Shown piece after piece: positions 19,034-26,224 of a stretch of 45,079 bases of DNA (positions within the stretch are counted from its first letter, which is position 1; the number at the start of each line of letters is the position of its first letter). Where the stretch lies: contig JAGGYF010000022.1 in the NCBI GenBank assembly GCA_021162685.1, positions 1-45,079 of the forward strand, in the 5' to 3' direction. Below the pieces are notes generated by a model. It had not been told where the DNA came from, made no database searches, and worked only from the letters and a program-made list of their open reading frames with translations. The translations under genes and the position numbers were made by a program. Origin of the DNA: Candidatus Iainarchaeum sp. Lineage in GTDB: Archaea > B1Sed10-29 > WALL01.

Positions 19034-19480
19034 ATGAAGAGGAAGGCGCAAGGAGCGATGGAATATCTCATGACATATGGTTGGGCAATCCTCGTAGTTA
19101 TTATTGTAGGAATTGTCCTATGGCAATCAGGTGTATTCGGAACAAGTTCCGGTGGAGTTAGTGGATTTGACAAGCTCAGTGTACAGGACTATGTATTTAA
19201 TTCATCTGGGTTTTACGTGAAATTCCAGAACAGCGCTGGACAGACACTAAGAAATGTTAATGTGAACTATTCAGTAAACGGTAAAACGCCAGAGGCTGCA
19301 ACACCAAAGGGTACAAACTGGGCACCAGGAAAGGAGTACATGGTGCATCTAGATGACAATTCAACATGTTCCTTGTCAAACACTGGAAGTGGATACACTG
19401 TTGATGTAACCATAACATACCAATCAAGAGCAAGTATATCACACACAGAAACAGGAAGAATCAGGGGCAAATGTGAATAA
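19034..19480 (+). CDS. Probable major pilin (class III signal peptide)
   Basis: MKRKA|QGAMEYLMTYGWAILVV, a classic archaeal pilin N-terminus; own promoter, SD and terminator. Confidence 0.9.
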   Translation: MKRKAQGAMEYLMTYGWAILVVIIVGIVLWQSGVFGTSSGGVSGFDKLSVQDYVFNSSGFYVKFQNSAGQTLRNVNVNYSVNGKTPEAATPKGTNWAPGKEYMVHLDDNSTCSLSNTGSGYTVDVTITYQSRASISHTETGRIRGKCE

Positions 19481-19484
19481 AACC

Positions 19485-19518
19485 AGGGTTGATGATTCAA
19501 CCCTCTTTTCTTATTCTT
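19485..19518 (+). terminator. Hairpin plus T-rich tract after the pilin gene
   Basis: AGGGTTGA-TGAT-TCAACCCT (8-bp perfect stem) followed by CTTTTCTTATTCTT. Confidence 0.7.
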
Positions 19519-19559
19519 AATCTATATGCTATTTAAATGGCTATTGTGAAATAGGGCAT

Positions 19560-20237
19560 ATGGCATTGAGACGGATTCCAACAGGTATTGAGGGATTTGA
19601 TGAACTAATAGAAGGGGGCATCCCAGAGGGCTTTTCTGTGCTATTAAGTGGACCAATTGGTAGCCATAAACTGCTTTTCGCATTAGAGTTCCTTTATAGA
19701 GGAGCAGAGAAGGGAGAAAACGTGATATTCGTATCATTTGAAAAGGATAAGAATGATGTGATTGAGATTGCGTCTGTTTTTGATTGGAAAATGGGTGAAA
19801 TGATAAAATCAAAACGATTTGTTGTGTACAAGACAGAACTATTTAACGTGGAGAAGTTCGCTGCAAGTTTGGAGGATACTGTATTTAATTATAAGGCAAC
19901 AAGGCTTGTCCTGGATTCAACATCATTTATTGGCCAGTTCCTTGATTCTCCATTCAAACTGAGAACAGCCCTTGGTGAATTAAAAAAGGTGTTGTACAAG
20001 GATAAATGCACTTCCCTCTTCCTATGTGAAACAGATGGCAATAAAATAAGCCAGTTTGGTGTTGAGGAGAACGCTGTTGATGGAGTGATCCAATCCCTTG
20101 TTATAGAAGAGCCAAACAATGTGATACACGGCATATGTGTTAGGTCCATGCACTCAACGGACTTCAATATGCAGAAGCATCCTGTAGATATAACAAAACA
20201 CGGGTTAAAGGTACATAGGATACCTATTGTTGACTAG
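19560..20237 (+). CDS. KaiC/RAD55-like ATPase #5, degenerate Walker A
   Basis: RIPTGIEGFD, GPIGSHKL (instead of GxxGxGKT/S), VLDS, FGVEENAVDG. Confidence 0.88.
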   Translation: MALRRIPTGIEGFDELIEGGIPEGFSVLLSGPIGSHKLLFALEFLYRGAEKGENVIFVSFEKDKNDVIEIASVFDWKMGEMIKSKRFVVYKTELFNVEKFAASLEDTVFNYKATRLVLDSTSFIGQFLDSPFKLRTALGELKKVLYKDKCTSLFLCETDGNKISQFGVEENAVDGVIQSLVIEEPNNVIHGICVRSMHSTDFNMQKHPVDITKHGLKVHRIPIVD

Positions 20238-20278
20238 CAGTTATTTAAAATGTGTGGATAAGCGTGTTTTATATAATA

Positions 20279-20341
20279 AAATAAAAACAACTAGTGAAAA
20301 CATTTCAAGAAATAGGGGAACTGATTTTGTTGTTTTTATTT
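20279..20341. repeat. 13-bp perfect inverted repeat with 37-nt spacer
   Basis: AAATAAAAACAAC (20279-20291) / GTTGTTTTTATTT (20329-20341) between convergent genes. Confidence 0.6.
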
Positions 20342-20376
20342 CTGGAACTACATCTCCACAAAAGTTTAAGGATTAG

Positions 20377-21021
20377 TTATCTCTTTTTTGCAATAATGAA
20401 ATAATCCTTGTGTATATGTTGTGGAAAAGGCTTAGTTGCTGGTGCTTCATATTTCTGTTCCTCTATAACATCAAAGTATTTCTCAACAATTTTCATAACC
20501 TTCTTTTTCCTTGTATGCCAACGTATTGCCTTTGGCTTTTTAGGGTCTACTGCCTTCCTTTTTGTATCAAAAGAGCCTATGCCACATGCGAGATAAAGGA
20601 TTCCTCCTTTTTTTAGAACGCGCGCCATTTCTGGTATTACCCTTTTCTCCTCAAGCTTTCTCATATCATATTTTGAGTACAAAGCATCAAATGAACCAGA
20701 CTTAAATGGCAACTTTGATGGGTCTGCATGAATAAATGGTATGTCCAATCCCAATTGTGTGGCCTTTTTCCTTGCAGACTCTATTGCTCCCTTCTTTGGG
20801 TCAATGCCTGTTATATCAATGCCTTTTTTCTTCAAGTAAATACAATCATCTCCATCTTCACAGCCAACTTCTAGTGCTTTCCCATGGAACGTTGGGCCAC
20901 CAATTGCCCTATAAAACAATTCCTGGTGTGGTCTTGTTCTGCTCCACTTTCCTATACTTTCAGTTACTCCCCTCATTATTTTAGCAAAGAGGTTCATTAT
21001 TTTTGTTTTCTTTGATGTCAT
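20377..21021 (-). CDS. Class I SAM-dependent methyltransferase
   Basis: ALEVGCEDG, ITGID, LPFKSGSFD, EMARVLKKGG. Confidence 0.85.
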   Translation of the reverse strand: MTSKKTKIMNLFAKIMRGVTESIGKWSRTRPHQELFYRAIGGPTFHGKALEVGCEDGDDCIYLKKKGIDITGIDPKKGAIESARKKATQLGLDIPFIHADPSKLPFKSGSFDALYSKYDMRKLEEKRVIPEMARVLKKGGILYLACGIGSFDTKRKAVDPKKPKAIRWHTRKKKVMKIVEKYFDVIEEQKYEAPATKPFPQHIHKDYFIIAKKR

Positions 21022-21084
21022 GCTATTATTTGCTCAAGCCTCCTTTTAAAATATATCTCTAAAATAAAGAGAACAAAAAAGGAT

Positions 21085-21368
21085 ATGGGTAGGGAACATC
21101 TTATTCGCTATAAACAGACCATTGAAAAGCACAGAACAAAATTCAGTAGAGAACTTCGCGATATGTTCAAAGATTTTGGCATTGAAGAAATTGCTATGAA
21201 TATAAAAAGTACCTAGAAAAGAGAAGGATTGAGAAGGATCCGTTGCGCATTATATACATGCACCTAACAAATCTAGATGAGTTGCACAAAAGATTAGTAA
21301 GCAGATTAAAAATACTATCAGAAAGGGAAAAGGCACTTTCTACCAATAGAGCCAAGAGAGCACAGTAA
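21085..21368 (+). pseudogene. Possible frameshifted small charged helical protein
   Basis: 43-aa ORF (21085-21216) continued by an overlapping -1 frame (EYKKYLEKRRIEKDPLR...) to TAA 21368. Confidence 0.3.
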
Positions 21369-22668
21369 TGACAACTGCTCCTATCAATGATATAATGATA
21401 CCTGACTTTACCATATCTTTAACTGTTACATACCTAGAGGAGTATGCAATAGCGTTTGGTGGCGTACCAACAGGGAGAATGAAATTTAAAGACACAGCAA
21501 TTGCAGAAAGCAAAACCAATTGTTTTATTCCAATGCCAAGCGTTGAAGCAAGAGGGATTACTATAGGAATGACAAATGCTGCAGTACCAGTATTGCTTGC
21601 AAACATTGACATAATGATACAAAACACTGAAACAATAAAGAGAATAAGTAATGGGTGGTGTGAAGAGATATAATTGCTCATAACATCTGCAATTGCTATA
21701 TTTAGTTTGCTTGCCTCCATTGCGGATCCAAGAGATAACCCTCCTCCAATGAGAATGAGGATATCCCAGTGTATTTTTCCAAAGTCTTCTGTATTCATTA
21801 GGGAGAAGACGGAAAAAAGGAAGATAGGCATTAATGCCACCAAGGAGCTTGGTACACCATGAATGCCTGTTGTCAGCCAGAGGAATGCTGTTAATGCGAA
21901 AACAAAAAGTACTTGTTTCTGCTGGTTAGATATGTGCATTGCGTGCTTTTTTATGCTCAATTGTTTTGTCTCTGGCTTATTGAGAAGAAGTAGAATAAGC
22001 CAGGTCATAGGTAACATAATAAGGACTAGTGGCAATGCATGATACATCCAACCATCAAATGTTATATTTATGCCTTCGTCAGCAAGAAACTTTACTGCCA
22101 TTGCATTTGGCGTTGTCCCAACAATAGTAGATATGCCGCCTATTGTTGCAGCGTATGCTACACCCAACACTACGGCTTTTCCATACCTTGACTTGAGCGG
22201 TTTTAATCCGCTCTTTCTGAGAACAACTAGTGCGATTGGAAGCATGACTGCTGTTGTTGCAGTGTTGCTCATCCACATTGAAAGGAATGCAGAAACAAGC
22301 ATTATCCCAAAAAGAAAGCGCCTTGGTGATGTACCTATTTTGTTGACAAAATAGTATGCTATCTCTTCATCTAGATGATATTTCTGTAGGGCATACGCTA
22401 AAACAAAACCCCCCATCAGAAGAACGACTACTGGATCAAAAAATGGTGAAAATGACTGTTTTGGTGTAAAACCTGCTGTCAATGTTAAAAGGAATGGAAT
22501 TAGCAATGCAGTTATATGTAAAGGTAATGCTTCAGAAAGCCATAAGACTGCAGCAATGGATAGAACCACGAAAACAGAATGTGCCTGAGTGGGTAATCCA
22601 AAATCTATAAAAGATATAACTGCTCCCATAAGAAATGCAGAGATTATGAAAATGGCGTTTTTCTTCAT
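21340..22668 (-). CDS. SLC13/DASS-family Na+:dicarboxylate/sulfate symporter
   Basis: SMWMSNTAT, IVGTTPN, FASNT, LPVGTPPNAI motifs; many TM helices. Confidence 0.92.
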   Translation of the reverse strand: MKKNAIFIISAFLMGAVISFIDFGLPTQAHSVFVVLSIAAVLWLSEALPLHITALLIPFLLTLTAGFTPKQSFSPFFDPVVVLLMGGFVLAYALQKYHLDEEIAYYFVNKIGTSPRRFLFGIMLVSAFLSMWMSNTATTAVMLPIALVVLRKSGLKPLKSRYGKAVVLGVAYAATIGGISTIVGTTPNAMAVKFLADEGINITFDGWMYHALPLVLIMLPMTWLILLLLNKPETKQLSIKKHAMHISNQQKQVLFVFALTAFLWLTTGIHGVPSSLVALMPIFLFSVFSLMNTEDFGKIHWDILILIGGGLSLGSAMEASKLNIAIADVMSNYISSHHPLLILFIVSVFCIIMSMFASNTGTAAFVIPIVIPLASTLGIGIKQLVLLSAIAVSLNFILPVGTPPNAIAYSSRYVTVKDMVKSGIIISLIGAVVITVLSWLYW

Positions 22669-23939
22669 CTGCTCACGCTCTTTACTGCATCCTCTATTAT
22701 ATCCATCCCTCTATCTATATGTTCTATAGTAATAGTCAGCGGAGGGATAATCCTAATAGTGCTCCTGCCTGCTGGTAATAATATCAGACCTTTGAAAAAA
22801 CTTCTCCAAAGTATCTGCTCGCGCTCCTCTATTGCTGGTTTTTTTGTTCTTTTGTCCTTCACTAGTTCAACACCTATCATTAGCCCCTTTCCTCTCACAT
22901 CACCAATTATACTATAATGGTCTTTCATCTCATCCAAACGCCTCATTATATATCTCCCCTTCTTCACCACACTTTTCCCAACCCTTTTTAGTTGCTTTAA
23001 TGTTTCCATCCCAGCAGCGCATGACAAAAGGTTTCCTCCAAATGTGTTTGCATGTGCCCCATGCGGCCACCTCATCAGTTTTTTACTTGCAACGGTCACA
23101 CCTATGGGCAATCCTCCTCCAATTGCCTTGCCTAAACAAATAATATCCGGCTTAACATTGAAATGCTCTATTGCCAGAAATTTACCGGTTCTAAAACATC
23201 CTGCTTGTATCTCATCATCAACCATAAGTACATCATATTCATCACAGAGTTTCCTTATGCCCTTTACAAATTCTTTTGGAGGAACAATATATCCTCCTTC
23301 GCCCTGTATTGGCTCCATAAATACTGCTGAAACATCTCCTTTATACAGCGCCTTCTCTAATTCGTTTAGGCACATGGTTGTACACTCGCTTCCCATTCTA
23401 TAAGGATAAGCATAAGGTACATGCCTAACTGAAAGAAAAGGTCCAAATCCCTCTCTATGTACTGGCTTTGAATATGTCAATGATAATGAGCCCATTGTCC
23501 TGCCGTGAAATGAATTTATGAAAGAAACAAAATATGGCTTTCGTTTATTCCATCTTGAAAGTTTCAGGGCTGCCTCAACTGCTTCTGTTCCTGAATTAGA
23601 GAAGAACACCCTATCAAATCCTCTTGGTAGCACACTGACAATTTGTTCGGCAAATGTTACAGGCAATTCGGCATAAAAATCAGAAAATGCTGCATGTGTT
23701 GCTTTCTTCAATTGTTTTTGTATTGCTTTTATTACATAGGGATTTGAATGCCCTATATTCATAACAGCGATAAGCGAACTAAAATCCAAGTATTTGTTTC
23801 CGTCAACATCCCATATCCAAACATCTTCTGCCTTATCAATGACTAGAGGATATTCTCTTGTAAGTGAGGGTGAGATAACTTTTTTATCCCTCGCCACTAT
23901 TCCCTTTGCCTTCTTCCCAATCTGCTTACAACCGAGCAT
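22665..23939 (-). CDS. Class III PLP aminotransferase (4-aminobutyrate/ornithine type)
   Basis: Start trimmed to MLGCKQ. DVDGNKYLDF, NSGTEA, FHGRT, EPIQGEGG, DEIQAG, GKAIGGG, NTFGGN. Confidence 0.93.
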   Translation of the reverse strand: MLGCKQIGKKAKGIVARDKKVISPSLTREYPLVIDKAEDVWIWDVDGNKYLDFSSLIAVMNIGHSNPYVIKAIQKQLKKATHAAFSDFYAELPVTFAEQIVSVLPRGFDRVFFSNSGTEAVEAALKLSRWNKRKPYFVSFINSFHGRTMGSLSLTYSKPVHREGFGPFLSVRHVPYAYPYRMGSECTTMCLNELEKALYKGDVSAVFMEPIQGEGGYIVPPKEFVKGIRKLCDEYDVLMVDDEIQAGCFRTGKFLAIEHFNVKPDIICLGKAIGGGLPIGVTVASKKLMRWPHGAHANTFGGNLLSCAAGMETLKQLKRVGKSVVKKGRYIMRRLDEMKDHYSIIGDVRGKGLMIGVELVKDKRTKKPAIEEREQILWRSFFKGLILLPAGRSTIRIIPPLTITIEHIDRGMDIIEDAVKSVSR

Positions 23940-24067
23940 GATATCCTCTACACACAAAGTATATAAAAGCTTAATTAGTAATCTGATTGTGAGGATATGT
24001 ATTGTGAGCTTGCAGAGGTTGAATGTGAAAAGGTTGGAAAAGCAAGTATGTAGAATGTACACTATGT

Positions 24068-24718
24068 TTAAACAGAAATGTACATGCCCCTCTTTCCTAT
24101 ATTGAATTCAAAACGTTTCAAGCTATGTGGTACAGGCATCTTTTTGATTTTTAGCCATCTTTTTCCTTTTTCTACAGCCAGGTGTATCACACCATCTACA
24201 AGATATTCTAATGTGCTCTCCACTTCTTTTGGATGTACCCCGCTCTCCATTACAAGAAGTGCACATAGACTGCGTTGCTTAACAAAACCAACAAGGAGTT
24301 GGGTAAACCTAAAAACTGACCTTTCATCTGTATATAGTACAAAATCAGAAATAGAGTCAATTACCATTCTTCCTGTTTTGGAATCTATGTTGGTTTCATC
24401 TGCTGCTGACTTTATCATCTGGAAAAATGCATTCAAATCTGTAACAGGATAAAGGGTATATTTTCCAGTAGGTCTCTTCACTCTCCAAGAAAAGCAGTCA
24501 ATAACTAATGCATTCTCTATATCTATGGAGGAGGGAGGAGCATAACCTTCAGCATATATGCATGGTTCATTGTTTTTTATTCCTTTGGTAAGAAATGCCT
24601 TTGCCAGACTTGTTTTTCCTGTCCCTGGCGCCCCTTCTATGAGAAATACCCCTGGAACAAGGAAACCTCCACCAATAAGTGAATCCAAACCAATAACCCC
24701 ACTGGACAGAACGGGCAT
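24068..24718 (-). CDS. KaiC/RAD55-like ATPase #6
   Basis: Start trimmed to MPVLSSGVIGLD. GAPGTGKT, IDCFSW, VIDS, LEYLVDG. Confidence 0.88.
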   Translation of the reverse strand: MPVLSSGVIGLDSLIGGGFLVPGVFLIEGAPGTGKTSLAKAFLTKGIKNNEPCIYAEGYAPPSSIDIENALVIDCFSWRVKRPTGKYTLYPVTDLNAFFQMIKSAADETNIDSKTGRMVIDSISDFVLYTDERSVFRFTQLLVGFVKQRSLCALLVMESGVHPKEVESTLEYLVDGVIHLAVEKGKRWLKIKKMPVPHSLKRFEFNIGKRGMYISV

Positions 24719-24757
24719 GCTAATAAAACGCAAACCTTTTATATATGTATTGCGATA

Positions 24758-26002
24758 GTGGAAGATATGGGAGCAAGAATAAGGGCAGGAACTGGAACTA
24801 GTCATGGAAAAAATGCTGGGAAAAAGGCTGCAAAAGAGGCAATGAAAAATGCTGGAGTTAATAAATGTAATTTTGTTGTTGTCTATGCTTCATCAAAATA
24901 TAATCCTCAGGCTATCTTGGACCAGGTTGTTGAGATAACTGGGGATGTTCCTTTGTTTGGATGCACTACTGCTGGAAACATAACAGAAAAAGGAGTGCAT
25001 GAAGATGCAGTTTCTGTAATGGTTGTGGATTCAAACTACTTTAGAGTGGGCGTGGGCGTAGGACAAAATGTAAGGAAGAGGCCTATTGATGCAGGAAGAA
25101 CAGCTGCAAAAAATGCAATGGTTTCACTTGAAGAAGACCCAAGGCTGATGTCATTGGCATTGTTCAAAAAGAAGCCCTGGGAAATTGCTAGGTTTAATCC
25201 CTATATCTCACTAACTGCTATAGACGGACTTAGTGGGCAGGAAGAGAATGTTTTACAGGGGATACAAAAGGTTGTTGGAAGCAATCCCATTTTTGGTGGT
25301 TCTGCTGGAGATGACCTAAAGCTTGAAAAAACATTTGTTTTCTGCAATGGGAAGGCGTATACAGACGCAGTTGCTGTTGCTGTGATATCAACCAGCCTGA
25401 GGACAAGCTTTAGTTCAAAGCACGGCTGGAAGCCAATGAATAGAACCGCCATAGTGACAAAAGCAAAGGGGAGAAGGGTGTTCAAATTAGATGATAGGCC
25501 TGCTGCAGAAGTGTATGCTGAAATGATAGGGAGAAATGTGAAAGAACTTGTTAACGAGAAAAACATTGCATTTACATCTGGGTTAAAACATCCTTTTGGA
25601 GTTCCTGATATAACAGGAAGGCTTTGGCTAAGACACCCTATGCGGATTAATAAAGACCTCTCTATTGACTTCTTTGCTGAAATGCCTGTTTCCACTATTG
25701 TTATGGTAATGAAAGGCAGTAGTGATACATTGCTGAGAGCTGGAAAAAGGGTTGCAGAAGAAGCAAAGAAAGAGCTCGTTGGAAAGCCAGAATGTGGATT
25801 CATATTCAATTGTGTTGCCAGAAAGGTCTTTATGAAAAGAAATGCAGAAAGAGAAATAAAAGAGATATATAAAAAGGTGAAAGCACCATTGATTGGATTC
25901 TATACATATGGTGAGCAATCTCCAACAATGGGTGGTGCAATCTGCCACAAAAACCAGACAATTCATCTGTTGCTTGTTTCTGACTCCCTAATTACTGACT
26001 AA
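24758..26002 (+). CDS. Stand-alone FIST-domain sensor protein (FIST_N + FIST_C)
   Basis: GCTTAG, GGSAGD, HGWKP, LDDRPA, NCVAR, GFYTYGEQ, NQT. Start GTG 24758 or ATG 24767. Confidence 0.9.
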   Translation: MEDMGARIRAGTGTSHGKNAGKKAAKEAMKNAGVNKCNFVVVYASSKYNPQAILDQVVEITGDVPLFGCTTAGNITEKGVHEDAVSVMVVDSNYFRVGVGVGQNVRKRPIDAGRTAAKNAMVSLEEDPRLMSLALFKKKPWEIARFNPYISLTAIDGLSGQEENVLQGIQKVVGSNPIFGGSAGDDLKLEKTFVFCNGKAYTDAVAVAVISTSLRTSFSSKHGWKPMNRTAIVTKAKGRRVFKLDDRPAAEVYAEMIGRNVKELVNEKNIAFTSGLKHPFGVPDITGRLWLRHPMRINKDLSIDFFAEMPVSTIVMVMKGSSDTLLRAGKRVAEEAKKELVGKPECGFIFNCVARKVFMKRNAEREIKEIYKKVKAPLIGFYTYGEQSPTMGGAICHKNQTIHLLLVSDSLITD

Positions 26003-26022
26003 TGTTCTTTTCATTCAATTCC

Positions 26023-26196
26023 TCAAATTTCAATGCCATTTGCAATCTTATTAAATTTGGACTTTGCTCCAAGTTTCAAATTATGCACCCTTGAAACAGC
26101 TTCCTTTGCTAAGAATGTGGGTAATGAAACGTCATATCTGGCATTGAATATCCTAAGTCTTGCTAGTTTATTTCTTATCTTTCTTCTGCCTGGCAT
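26023..26196 (-). CDS. Small basic hypothetical protein (57 aa)
   Basis: Fills the gap between FIST and ALDH; TTTATATG box about 21-28 nt upstream of ATG 26196. Confidence 0.4.
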   Translation of the reverse strand: MPGRRKIRNKLARLRIFNARYDVSLPTFLAKEAVSRVHNLKLGAKSKFNKIANGIEI

Positions 26197-26224
26197 GGTA
26201 TATTTTTTCAATGATACATATAAA

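Noticed and set aside
8740-19480. Archaellum operon
   Set aside because: No archaellin-type N-termini and no ArlF/ArlG/ArlCDE; two short TadC-like genes instead of a single ArlJ.
20377-21021. DNA methyltransferase / restriction-modification system
   Set aside because: No DPPY, NPPY or PC motif and no adjacent nuclease; it looks like a small-molecule class I methyltransferase.
250-24718. Circadian clock (kaiABC) interpretation
   Set aside because: All six proteins are single-domain, no KaiA or KaiB is in the window, and the ST phosphosite position reads EY, AY, QS or EN.
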